A DNA stretch of 64,000 nucleotides from Alteromonas arenosi (GCF_030362855.1 NZ_JAUCBP010000007.1:308675-372674); one strand, 5' to 3'; shown: positions 9,758-19,207, counted from the stretch's first letter. The notes: generated by a model from the sequence alone, not told the origin. Numbers and translations: made by a program.

Positions 9758-11557
9758 ATGCAAAATTACAAAGCACCACAACGAGATACGTTGTTTACTT
9801 TATATGAATTATTGGGTTTTGAATCCCATTATGCAGATCTGGGCTTCGAAGAGGTCAGCAATGATCTTGTGACCGCTATTTTCTCTGAGGCGGCAAAATT
9901 TGCAGAAAATACTCTAGCACCAATCAATGCGGTTGGTGACGAGGAAGGTTGTGGCTTCGATAATGGCGTAGTGACTACACCTACAGGTTTCAAAGAAGCC
10001 TATCAGCAGTATGTAGAAGGCGGCTGGCCATCAATGGCGCACCCCGAAGAGTACGGCGGTCAAGCACTACCTTACTCACTGGCTACATCTATGGCGGAGT
10101 GGTTCTCAGGTGCTAACCACTCGTGGGCAATGTACCCAGGGTTGAGTCAAGGCTGTATGGAAACCTTGAAGGCGCACGGTACCGACAAGCAACGCGAGAT
10201 GTTCTTACACAAATTGGTTGAAGGTAGCTGGACCGGCACCATGTGTTTGACTGAACCACACTGTGGCTCTGATTTGGGTATGCTTAAGTGTAAAGCAGAA
10301 CCCAATGATGACGGCACGTACTCACTGACAGGCACTAAGATCTTTATCTCAGCGGGTGAACACGACATGTCTGAAAATATCGTGCATATCGTCTTAGCAC
10401 GTTTGCCAGACGCACCGGCAGGCACTAAAGGTATCTCATTGTTTATTGTGCCTAAGTATCACGTTGACGAGAACGGCGAGAAAGGTGAACGCAATACAGT
10501 TGTTTGCGGTTCGATTGAACACAAAATGGGTATCAAAGGCAGCGCAACATGTGTGATGAACTTTGATGGCGCTAAAGGTCACCTGATTGGTGAGCCTAAT
10601 CGCGGCCTCAATTGTATGTTTACCTTTATGAACATGGCGCGTATCGGCACGGGTATGGAAGGTTTATCAGCTATAGAAGCGGCATTCCAGGGGGCCTTGG
10701 CATACGCCAAAGATCGTTTGCAGTTCCGCTCATTAACCGGTCGTAAGAACGAATCAGGCCCAGCTGACCCAATCATCGTACATCCAGACGTGCGCCGCAT
10801 GTTGTTGACGCAAAAATCATTACGTGAGGGTTGTCGCGCACTGGCCATTTATTGCATGAAAATGGTTGATGTGACCTTGTACGAAAAAGATGCTGAGAAG
10901 CGTCAGATTGCTGATGCTAAGTTGGCCTTGCTAACGCCAATCGTTAAAGCATTCTTAACTGAAACCGCCCAAGAGTGCACCAGCTATGGTATGCAGGTGT
11001 ATGGAGGTCACGGCTACATTAAAGAGTGGGGCATGGAGCAACTTGCTCGTGATACACGTATTTGTACCATGTACGAAGGTACAACAGGTATCCAAGCGAT
11101 TGACCTATTGGCGCGTAAAGTGGTCGGTAGTCAAGGCAAGTTGCTACAGGTATTCACTCAAGAGATCCGCACCTATTGTGCGAGCTTACGCGACAAGCAG
11201 CAGTTTAATGCGTGGGCTAACGCGGTAGAAAGTCATGTCGACGAGTGGGAGCAGCTCACTAACGACATCATGAAATCTGCCGCTAATAATCCTGATGAAT
11301 TGGGTGCCGCGGCGGTAGACTACTTGATGTATTCTGGTTATGTATCAGTTTCGTATTTCTGGCTGCAAATGGCTGTCACAGCACAACAGAAGCTGGATGA
11401 AGGCAGCACAGAAGTTGACTTCTATCAGGCGAAGTTGCAATCAGCGCAGTTCTACTTTGATCGTATGCTTACTCGCACACGTTCATTGGTTTCAGCGATT
11501 CACTCAGGTGCTGACAACCTAATGAGTATGAGCGAAGAAGCTTTCTATCAAGGTTAA
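9758..11557 (+). CDS. Long (~600 aa) acyl-CoA dehydrogenase with a C-terminal extension domain.
   Basis: 599 aa with an ACAD core (…CLTEPHCGSDLG…YEGTTGIQAIDL…) plus a ~150 aa C-terminal domain, as in FadE-like long ACADs. Confidence 0.85.
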   Translation: MQNYKAPQRDTLFTLYELLGFESHYADLGFEEVSNDLVTAIFSEAAKFAENTLAPINAVGDEEGCGFDNGVVTTPTGFKEAYQQYVEGGWPSMAHPEEYGGQALPYSLATSMAEWFSGANHSWAMYPGLSQGCMETLKAHGTDKQREMFLHKLVEGSWTGTMCLTEPHCGSDLGMLKCKAEPNDDGTYSLTGTKIFISAGEHDMSENIVHIVLARLPDAPAGTKGISLFIVPKYHVDENGEKGERNTVVCGSIEHKMGIKGSATCVMNFDGAKGHLIGEPNRGLNCMFTFMNMARIGTGMEGLSAIEAAFQGALAYAKDRLQFRSLTGRKNESGPADPIIVHPDVRRMLLTQKSLREGCRALAIYCMKMVDVTLYEKDAEKRQIADAKLALLTPIVKAFLTETAQECTSYGMQVYGGHGYIKEWGMEQLARDTRICTMYEGTTGIQAIDLLARKVVGSQGKLLQVFTQEIRTYCASLRDKQQFNAWANAVESHVDEWEQLTNDIMKSAANNPDELGAAAVDYLMYSGYVSVSYFWLQMAVTAQQKLDEGSTEVDFYQAKLQSAQFYFDRMLTRTRSLVSAIHSGADNLMSMSEEAFYQG

Positions 11558-11564
11558 TTGGAAT

Positions 11565-12506
11565 ATGCCTGAACATAGCGATATTCAATCTTGTTATGTT
11601 CAGGCGAAAGGTCTGCGACTGCATTATTTAATGCGGTCGCCCATTTCTACAGAAACGCAAACTCCAACACTTATATTTCTGCACGGTTTTCCTGAGTATT
11701 CAGGCGTTTGGCATCATCAACTCGACTTCTTTGGTCAAATAGCACGCGCTATCGCACTAGATTTACCAGGTTATAACCGTAGTGAAGGTCCTGGTGCGTT
11801 AGCTGAATTTAGCGTACCGAATTTAGTAGAAATAGTAGCCGAATTTATTCGTCAGGTCAGTGATGGTCAGCCAGTGGTGTTGGTGGCGCATGATTGGGGG
11901 GGAGCGCTGGCATGGCCGTTGGCTGCTCGCTATCCTGAATTACTCAGTCATTTAATCATACTCAACGCTGCACATCCGAGTACTTTTACCCGCGAAATGA
12001 TGCAAAACCCAAAACAGCGTGCGATGAGTGATTACATTCATACGTTCTTATCAAGCGATGCTGAAAAAGCTCTGGCAGATGATGATTTCGCATTGCTCAA
12101 GCAACATTCGATAACGCATGTTAAGGGTGGCATCAGCCCCGAGTTAGAAACGGGTTATCGCGATTCTTGGCAATGCGACGGGGTCTTGACCCGTATGCTT
12201 AATTACTACCGCGCTATGCCACAGTTATTTCCGCGAGAGGGCAGCGACACGAGTAGCCTAGACAAGCAAAACGGCGGGCCAACCAAGCAGCTTGCTGATT
12301 TTAAAATCCCACAGATATATATTCGAGTTCCCACGCTTGTATTATGGGGCGAGCAAGATAGTGCGTTTGATATTAGCGTATTGGATGGATTATCAGAATA
12401 CATTGATGACTACACTGAGCAACGCTTTCCAGATGCAACACATTGGCTGCACCATGAAGAGCCAGAAGCTATCTCATCAGCAATTAGCCAGTTTTTGGCA
12501 CGCTGA
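11565..12506 (+). CDS. Alpha/beta-fold hydrolase (epoxide-hydrolase-like).
   Basis: 313 aa with HGFPE, an HDWGG nucleophile elbow, and a C-terminal His (ATHWLHHEEPE). Confidence 0.8.
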   Translation: MPEHSDIQSCYVQAKGLRLHYLMRSPISTETQTPTLIFLHGFPEYSGVWHHQLDFFGQIARAIALDLPGYNRSEGPGALAEFSVPNLVEIVAEFIRQVSDGQPVVLVAHDWGGALAWPLAARYPELLSHLIILNAAHPSTFTREMMQNPKQRAMSDYIHTFLSSDAEKALADDDFALLKQHSITHVKGGISPELETGYRDSWQCDGVLTRMLNYYRAMPQLFPREGSDTSSLDKQNGGPTKQLADFKIPQIYIRVPTLVLWGEQDSAFDISVLDGLSEYIDDYTEQRFPDATHWLHHEEPEAISSAISQFLAR

Positions 12507-12647
12507 TCTTCTATTTTTTTAAAACGATTAAGGTAAATACTTTACAGATCTGATCAGTTCTGTAAACTCTCGGCGTGCGAGGATTTGCAGATTTATCGCG
12601 ATGGATTGCAGTAAATAATAATAATGAATATACCCGGTGCGCAAAAA

Positions 12648-13325
12648 ATGAAAACCACAATAGTAGTATCGCTATTACTGTTTGCCAGTAGTAATCTATT
12701 TTTAACTCGAACGGTCCATGCGGCTTTAATCACTTTCGATAACACCACAGCGTCGACCACAAATCCTTATTTGCGGGCGACGAAAACCTATTTAGAAGAC
12801 GACTTTTTATTTACTTTTTTGGGTAAAGATACCAACTACCTGGACAGTAAATACGTTGGCTTCGATGGACTAACTGAATTCAATGGTGACGTTTTGCAAT
12901 TTGGTTGCTGTCGCTACTCAACGGTTACTATCACACATAAAGACAATCTGGCGTTTAACTTAAACAGTTTCTACAGTGGGACAACAAAGTCGAGCCCAAA
13001 TGACCAAGGCGACTTGTTTTTCAGAGCCACCTATAGCAACGGTAGCATTGTTGACAGTCAACGTTTTATTGCAAATCGGCGCATGCTACAAACGTTTGCA
13101 CAATTGCAAAATATTACATCGCTGATTATTAGTCGAAATTTATACGATGCGGTAATTGAAAACAGTTTTCCGGTTATCGATGATTTAGATTTGAGTCTCT
13201 ATACAGCACCGCGAATTGCAGCATTAAATTTTACGCCTCAACTCGCCATATCGAATGAACTAACCGAAGTGCCTGCGATGGCCATGATGTTAATCGGAGT
13301 TTTAGCGCTTCGACGGCGCAGGTAA
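12648..13325 (+). CDS. Secreted protein with a PEP-CTERM-like C-terminal sorting signal.
   Basis: The signal peptide is MKTTIVVSLLLFASSNLFLTRTVHA. The C-terminus is TEVPAMAMMLIGVLALRRRR, which reads as a PEP-like motif, a TM helix and an Arg cluster. The start is chosen at the second in-frame ATG at 12648; the track ORF begins at 12624. Confidence 0.45.
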   Translation: MKTTIVVSLLLFASSNLFLTRTVHAALITFDNTTASTTNPYLRATKTYLEDDFLFTFLGKDTNYLDSKYVGFDGLTEFNGDVLQFGCCRYSTVTITHKDNLAFNLNSFYSGTTKSSPNDQGDLFFRATYSNGSIVDSQRFIANRRMLQTFAQLQNITSLIISRNLYDAVIENSFPVIDDLDLSLYTAPRIAALNFTPQLAISNELTEVPAMAMMLIGVLALRRRR

Positions 13326-13340
13326 ACTAAGACCAAAAAG

Positions 13341-13364
13341 AAAGGCTCCCTTGCGGGAGCCCTT
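13341..13364 (+). terminator. Hairpin after the PEP-CTERM-like gene; a weak terminator.
   Basis: aaaggctccc-ttgc-gggagccctt, with a poor T-run. Confidence 0.35.
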
Positions 13365-13387
13365 CGAGGAAGCAGATCGCTCTGCCG

Positions 13388-13927
13388 ACCATGTTGAAAC
13401 ATGGTGGTAGCCGAGGCTACCGAATTAGTTGCTTAGATGCGCTCAGCGACTACAGCGGCTACTGGGTTGTCAGCAAGACCTTGCTCTGCAATCCACGCTT
13501 GCAGCGTTTTACCATCCTGCTCTGGCTCCGCTAAATCCTTTTTTGGCATTTTCTTAACCAGTAGAGTCCCGGCTTCTACAGCATTGTTAAGCAATGCAGT
13601 GCGAATCAGGCTGTTACCGCCACAGCTCACACCTGAATAGTAATCTTGAAGTTTAAGGTTGTAGTCAGACTGAACCTTTTTCATTTTCTTACGCAATTGG
13701 CCTTTATCGTCAGCTTTAACGATAGAGCAAATGTTTTGTAGCGCTTCGTTAACGTCTGCTTGCGCAGTACCTGTGAACATTAAAGAAGCAGCGGCGATAG
13801 CGATAGAAGTTTTAACTACTTTCAACATGGTTAATTCCTCGGTTAATAATTAGTTGATGTGTTTGAACGGTTTTAATTAAAGCCCAAGGTGAAAAAGAAA
13901 AAAATCTGTGGGTCGATACATAGGTAT
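13388..13927. repeat. Copy B of the ~540 bp direct repeat.
   Basis: Near-identical to 3862–4402. The two copies are 9.5 kb apart and in the same orientation. Confidence 0.9.
13433..13828 (-). CDS. Small secreted protein, copy B (131 aa, identical in protein sequence to copy A).
   Basis: The translation is identical to 3907–4302. The ~12 nucleotide differences inside the CDS are all synonymous third-position changes. Confidence 0.7.
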   Translation of the reverse strand: MLKVVKTSIAIAAASLMFTGTAQADVNEALQNICSIVKADDKGQLRKKMKKVQSDYNLKLQDYYSGVSCGGNSLIRTALLNNAVEAGTLLVKKMPKKDLAEPEQDGKTLQAWIAEQGLADNPVAAVVAERI

Positions 13928-13975
13928 ATGGTTTAATACTTATAAGAATTTGCTAACTGAATTGAGAAATGATTT

Positions 13976-14413
13976 ATGTTTGACATTAAAGTAGAGCGCT
14001 TAGTCAAAAAACCAATTGAAGAAGTCTTTGCAGCACTCGCGGATCATGGCAACTATGCAAAATTTCCTGGTGTGGATGAATCAGAATTAATTACACAAGG
14101 CGAGCATGAAGCGAACGGCAAGGGAGCGTTGCGGCGCATAAAAATCAAGCCCTTTACCCTCTATGAACGCATCGTGGCCTTTGAACGTCCTAATCGTTTG
14201 CAATATCAAATAGAACAATCGTCGCCGATCACTTTTGAACATGAAATCGGTGAAGTTCGCCTAACTGAGGCTGAAGAAGGTACGCGCGTTGTCTGGATTT
14301 CTCGCGGTCACTTAAAGGTACCGATATTAGGAAGCTTAATATTAGACCCAATGACGCAAAAGCAAGGCGCTGCTGGTTTTGCCAGCATACTTAAAGCGAT
14401 AGAACGTCAATAA
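13976..14413 (+). CDS. SRPBCC (polyketide-cyclase/Bet v1-like) family protein.
   Basis: 145 aa with a Bet v1-like pattern, recognised as SRPBCC-like by pattern. Confidence 0.55.
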   Translation: MFDIKVERLVKKPIEEVFAALADHGNYAKFPGVDESELITQGEHEANGKGALRRIKIKPFTLYERIVAFERPNRLQYQIEQSSPITFEHEIGEVRLTEAEEGTRVVWISRGHLKVPILGSLILDPMTQKQGAAGFASILKAIERQ

Positions 14414-14571
14414 TTCATTCACTTTGTTTGTTAAGCGCAGCGCTGTGTCGAAATTTACTTGGACAGTATCGCTTGGATATATAGAAAAGAAAAAGTTCTA
14501 GAGCACGTTTAATTATTGCGCCATAGATTGAGCATAGTTATGCTGTTGTTGAATACACACAGGAGAATAAG

Positions 14572-14751
14572 ATGAAAAAGGTACTTACAGTATTGGCGCT
14601 AGCATTATTTATCGGTGGATGTGCACCAGAAGTCGGCAGTAAGGAGTGGTGTGAAGATCTGGAAGCCAAACCCAAAGGTGATTGGACTGCAAATGAAGCC
14701 GGTGACTACACTAAACACTGCATCTTTGGCAGTGATGAAGACGAAGAGTAG
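14572..14751 (+). CDS. Tiny lipoprotein (59 aa), DUF3012-like; not in the ORF track because it is under 60 aa.
   Basis: Protein MKKVLTVLALALFIGGCAPEVGSKEWCEDLEAKPKGDWTANEAGDYTKHCIFGSDEDEE. It has a lipobox LFIGGC and the WCE and GDW motifs typical of DUF3012. A strong RBS aggagaataag precedes the ATG. Confidence 0.45.
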   Translation: MKKVLTVLALALFIGGCAPEVGSKEWCEDLEAKPKGDWTANEAGDYTKHCIFGSDEDEE

Positions 14752-14775
14752 GAGTCTGCTCAACGTCTCACGGTA

Positions 14776-14810
14776 AGCCTATGCACCGCTTAATGCGGTG
14801 CATAGGCTTT
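14776..14810. terminator. Bidirectional hairpin between the lipoprotein gene and the convergent LysR gene.
   Basis: agcctatgcaccgc-ttaat-gcggtgcataggcttt: a 14 bp perfect stem. Confidence 0.5.
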
Positions 14811-15692
14811 ACAGACCTCACTTATTTGTTCACGCATCCACAAATGTGCGTGGTCGTGATCAGCACTAACGTGCCAATACAAAAAATACTCCACAGGCTG
14901 AATGTCGAACGGTAATTCAAATATCGATAAATCGTAATGTTTGGCTAAATGATAAGGTAAACAAGCGATAAGGTCAGTTTTTACGATCGCACTTGGTACG
15001 GTTAAGAAATGTTGTCCTCGCATTATTACTTTGCGTTTTTTACCTAATTTATCCAACTCAATGTCTATGGGGCCGGCGCCGCTTTTTCGGTGTGAGACAT
15101 TAATATGACCAAGCCGCAGGAATGTCTCCAAATCTAAACCATTTTTAAGTGCTGGGTGGTTTTTCCGAGCAATAACAACAAATCTATCTGACGCAATCTT
15201 TTGTTTACATAGGTGTGGATCGGTGAAGCTAGAAGCATCGGCGAAGAAATCCAAGCTACCGTTAGCCATTGACGATACTACTTGACTGCGCGCAATTTCG
15301 TAGTTGGTGAGCGTGACATTGGGCGCCACATTTTGTAAGCGCACCATCAAACGCGGCATGATACTGACTTCGAGTAAATCGCGGCTGGCGAAGTTAAAGG
15401 CTTTCTCGGAAATCGCGGGATCAAAAGTATGGCTTTGTTGCACACTTTTGCGCAACAAGCCCAGAGCCTGACGAGCTGGAACTATAATATTCTGTGCAAC
15501 AGGTGTCGGGGTCATGCTATGCCCAGTGCGCACGAATAAAGGGTCGTTCAACATTTCACGCAATCTAGCTAATGAGTTACTCACTGCCGGTTGCGTGATG
15601 CATAATACGTCGGCTGCTTTGGTTAGACTGCCGGCTGTATAAATAGCATCAAACACCGCGAAAAGGTTTAAGTCTATTCGGTTCAGGTTCAT
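14790..15692 (-). CDS. LysR-family transcriptional regulator.
   Basis: 300 aa with an N-terminal HTH (MNLNRIDLNLFAVFDAIYTAGSLTKAADVLCITQPAVSNSLARLRE) and a LysR substrate-binding domain. It is divergent from the MaoC-like gene. Confidence 0.9.
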   Translation of the reverse strand: MNLNRIDLNLFAVFDAIYTAGSLTKAADVLCITQPAVSNSLARLREMLNDPLFVRTGHSMTPTPVAQNIIVPARQALGLLRKSVQQSHTFDPAISEKAFNFASRDLLEVSIMPRLMVRLQNVAPNVTLTNYEIARSQVVSSMANGSLDFFADASSFTDPHLCKQKIASDRFVVIARKNHPALKNGLDLETFLRLGHINVSHRKSGAGPIDIELDKLGKKRKVIMRGQHFLTVPSAIVKTDLIACLPYHLAKHYDLSIFELPFDIQPVEYFLYWHVSADHDHAHLWMREQISEVCKAYAPH

Positions 15693-15831
15693 ATTTAGCT
15701 TCTATTCGTATTTTGGTACAAAGGGAGTGTAGCGTCTTTTAATTATTAATCGCTATTATAGAATGTGATTTGAAATATTCAGTAAATTAATAGTATAAAA
15801 ATGTAACTTTATCGCATTTAAGGACAATTTT

Positions 15832-16293
15832 ATGAGTACTACGTTGATAGATTTAGCCATTGGAGACGCATTACCGGCGTCGGATTGGATACCTGTCACA
15901 CAGCAAGCAATTGACACCTTTGCCGATGCAACAGGCGATCATCAGTGGATTCATGTTGATCCAAAGCGGTGCGCAACTCACAGTCCGTTCAAAACCACTA
16001 TTGCGCACGGTTTTTTTTCAGCATCATTGATGCCAAAAGCATTTGAAGGTGTTGTTACCTCTCATCCAGATATCGCGTCAGTCCTCAATTATGGGATCAA
16101 TTCACTGCGCTTTCTTGAACCGGTTCGAGTCAATGACCAAGTGAGATACATTTTCAAAGTAGCATCGATTGAGCAAAAGCCAACCGGACGTTTGTATACC
16201 TTTGATTGTGCGGTAGAAATCAAAGATCGTGAGAAGCCTGCATTGGTAGGTCAGTTTTTGATGCTAGCGATCATCCATTCCGTTTCTGGATGA
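15832..16293 (+). CDS. MaoC-like (R)-specific enoyl-CoA hydratase/dehydratase (hotdog fold).
   Basis: 153 aa with a hotdog MaoC pattern (…DHQWIHVDPKRCATHSPFKTTIAHGFF…). Confidence 0.75.
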   Translation: MSTTLIDLAIGDALPASDWIPVTQQAIDTFADATGDHQWIHVDPKRCATHSPFKTTIAHGFFSASLMPKAFEGVVTSHPDIASVLNYGINSLRFLEPVRVNDQVRYIFKVASIEQKPTGRLYTFDCAVEIKDREKPALVGQFLMLAIIHSVSG

Positions 16294-16497
16294 GGATCTT
16301 TCCCCTAAGAACTCGCTGGTCAGACCATCCAAATAGCTAATATTTACATATAAGCAACATAAAATTTACATTTATTCGAGTTACGCCTACTATTTTCGAA
16401 GCGTACTCGAAAAGTGTATGCGTATAAAAATAACTGATATACCACTACAGACTAGCTGGGTTGTTTGCATGCAAACACCTAACATAGGGGACTCACA

Positions 16498-19179
16498 ATG
16501 AAGTTATCCACTCGCAAAACGGCGCTCGCTGCCTGCGTAGCTGCTCAGTTTGCGCTCGCTCCACAACTTGCCATGGGGCAAGAAGATGATTCTCAACAAG
16601 CCGAAGAACAAAGTTTTGAACTGATTATGGTCACAGGTAGTTTTGTGCGCCGCAGTGAAAACTTCGAATCTCCCTCGCCGTTGGCGGTCGTTGACAGTGT
16701 GTCGATTGATTCAATCGGCGCGAAAAATATTGCTGACATAACGCAAACGCTAACGATAAATACCGGTGCGCAAAACAATCCGGATGCCTTTACTCAAAAT
16801 GCAACTGCTGGTACATCCAACATCAACTTGCGTGGTCTTGGTGTTGCATCGACTTTGGTATTGCTTAATAACAAGCGCCAAGTAGTAAACGCACAGCAAA
16901 CTAACGATGGTTTAAATTTCGTCGACACCAGTTCTTTGGTGCCGATGATTGCAATTAACCGCATGGAAGTGATTAAAGATGGTGCATCAGCATTGTACGG
17001 CTCTGATGCGGTTGCTGGTGTGGTTAACTTTATCACCAAGAAAGATTATGAAGGCGCTAAGCTGACCTTTGATTACCAAGATGGTGCGCACGGCAACAAC
17101 AAAGAATACATCCTTCAAGGCTTATGGGGCGCAGTGGGTGATAACGGCAGTGTGATGGCAGCCATAAGCTATACCAATCGTTCACCTATGTTCTTATCTG
17201 ATCGTCGCTTGAGTCGTCCACAAGACGATACCAGTGCATTAGGTAACCCGGGCTCTTACTTCTTAGGTGCCGTGCCGTTTATTGACCCGACGGGTTGTGC
17301 TGAGTTTGGCGGTTTCCCGCAATTGCTTGCACCTCCAGGCACAGTACCTGGCTTAGATATTGGTTTCTGTGGCTTTGACTTCGGTAATACCTATTCGTAC
17401 GTACCAGACGAGTCACGCGTGACAGCGTATGTCAAAGCTGAGTATCAATTGACAGATGATATCAGTTGGTTGAACGAAATTAGTATTGCGCGCAATCGTG
17501 CAGAACGGGGGGGCTCACCCTCATTCCCAATTTTAACTTTACCGACGGTACCTGCCGATCACCCAAGTAACCCATTTGGTGCGCCAGTAGGGTTCTTTGG
17601 CCGTGCTGAGGGTAATGGTGTTCCGGGCGATCCAGCTGAGACAGAATCAGATACGTTCCGCTTCAATACCACGTTAACCGGTGAATTAGACAACGGTTTC
17701 TGGGAACTGAGTTACACCAATGGTACCAACGACTTCTTATTCCAAGTTGATGATGTCCTCAATACCGAGTTTAACCTTGCGTTAAATGGTTTAGGCGGTG
17801 CTGACTGTAACCCGCTTACTGGTACACCAGGAGTAGGTGCGTGTGAATACTTCAACCCATTTGCAACGTCATATACAGTGTTGCCAAATTCACAGTACGT
17901 TATTGATTCATTCACCGGTAAGCAAGTCATTGACTCAAAGTCAGATTTACAAGTTGTGGAAGGTTTTGCGTCGCTAGATGCGTTTGACATGGACGGCGGT
18001 ACAGCGGGTATTGCATTCGGTCTGCAGTGGCGCGAAGAACGCTTGTCGCAAGACTATGACGCACTTTCTAACCAAGATAGTTTTACGTTTGTCATTGGTA
18101 ACCCAGACTTTGACGGAAAGTTAGATGTTTGGGCAGCATTTGCCGAGATGGCGTTACCAGTTTCAGACGTATTAGATGTGCAGTTAGCCTTGCGCTATGA
18201 AGATTACGGCGGTGCCGTAGGTGACACCATTGATCCTAAGATTGCGTTCTCTTGGCGAGCAACGGATGACTTCTCATTGCGAGGTTCGTGGTCGTCGTCA
18301 TTCCGAGCGCCAACAGTATTCTTGCGCAATGGTGGTGCAACGTCACTTCAACAATTATCAGATCCATTATTCGGTACCGCATTTGCAGCGGTGAGAACAT
18401 CAGGTAACGAAGACTTGAAGCCTGAAGAATCTACCGCATATAACATTGGATTCTCATTTGAGCCAGTGGATGATTTGTCAGTGGAAGTCGATTTCTGGAA
18501 CTTCGACTTTGAAGACCTCATTATTCAAGAAAACGCCCAGGCGATTCTAACGGCTTCACCGCAGGATACCTCTCGAGTTATTCGCGCAGGTGATCCGCTA
18601 AATGGTCCCGTGTTGCAAGTACTCAACACGTACGTTAACGCGAGTGAGTTAAGCACGTCAGGTCTAGATTTGGTAACGAGTTACAAAATCGAAACAGACA
18701 TGGGTACCTTTACACCAAGCTTGAACGCGACCTATATCCTCGATTATGAGTTGAACGATCCACAAGCTGGTACGATTGATGGTGCTGGCCGCCGTAACTT
18801 CAATAACATCGGTACCTCGTCGCCTGAGTTGCGTGCTAACTTGGGAGTGAATTGGTCGCATGATATCCACAGTGCTAATGTGTTTGTGCGCTATATTAGT
18901 GCATACGATGATGACCAAAACTGTGCTGATGGCTCAGCGAACTCCGGTAGCTGTGCAAATGGCTTCTTTGAGATCGACAGTCATGTCACGGTTGATGCGC
19001 AGTACAATGTTAATTTAGGCGCTGTGTTTGAGACCGAAACTGACTACCTACTGACCATTGGTGGGATTAACTTATTTGATGAGGATCCACCTCAGGTATT
19101 CACCAACAGTGGTTTTGACTCAAAAGTTCATGACCCTCGCGGCCGTCAAATCTATGCGCGTATAGCGATTGAATTTTAA
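16498..19179 (+). CDS. TonB-dependent outer-membrane receptor.
   Basis: 893 aa with a signal peptide, a TonB-box-like ELIMVTGSFV, plug and barrel domains, and a C-terminal aromatic residue (…ARIAIEF). Confidence 0.9.
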   Translation: MKLSTRKTALAACVAAQFALAPQLAMGQEDDSQQAEEQSFELIMVTGSFVRRSENFESPSPLAVVDSVSIDSIGAKNIADITQTLTINTGAQNNPDAFTQNATAGTSNINLRGLGVASTLVLLNNKRQVVNAQQTNDGLNFVDTSSLVPMIAINRMEVIKDGASALYGSDAVAGVVNFITKKDYEGAKLTFDYQDGAHGNNKEYILQGLWGAVGDNGSVMAAISYTNRSPMFLSDRRLSRPQDDTSALGNPGSYFLGAVPFIDPTGCAEFGGFPQLLAPPGTVPGLDIGFCGFDFGNTYSYVPDESRVTAYVKAEYQLTDDISWLNEISIARNRAERGGSPSFPILTLPTVPADHPSNPFGAPVGFFGRAEGNGVPGDPAETESDTFRFNTTLTGELDNGFWELSYTNGTNDFLFQVDDVLNTEFNLALNGLGGADCNPLTGTPGVGACEYFNPFATSYTVLPNSQYVIDSFTGKQVIDSKSDLQVVEGFASLDAFDMDGGTAGIAFGLQWREERLSQDYDALSNQDSFTFVIGNPDFDGKLDVWAAFAEMALPVSDVLDVQLALRYEDYGGAVGDTIDPKIAFSWRATDDFSLRGSWSSSFRAPTVFLRNGGATSLQQLSDPLFGTAFAAVRTSGNEDLKPEESTAYNIGFSFEPVDDLSVEVDFWNFDFEDLIIQENAQAILTASPQDTSRVIRAGDPLNGPVLQVLNTYVNASELSTSGLDLVTSYKIETDMGTFTPSLNATYILDYELNDPQAGTIDGAGRRNFNNIGTSSPELRANLGVNWSHDIHSANVFVRYISAYDDDQNCADGSANSGSCANGFFEIDSHVTVDAQYNVNLGAVFETETDYLLTIGGINLFDEDPPQVFTNSGFDSKVHDPRGRQIYARIAIEF

Positions 19180-19207
19180 TCGTTAGCGTTAGCATAAGTT
19201 GACAAGT

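Noticed and set aside
3862-13927. The duplicated 540 bp segments read as an insertion sequence or MITE.
   Set aside because: There are no terminal inverted repeats, no transposase and no target-site duplication visible. Each copy contains an intact secreted-protein gene under purifying selection. This is a segmental gene duplication, not a mobile element. An assembly artefact cannot be excluded from sequence alone, but the 3% divergence argues against a simple collapsed-repeat error.
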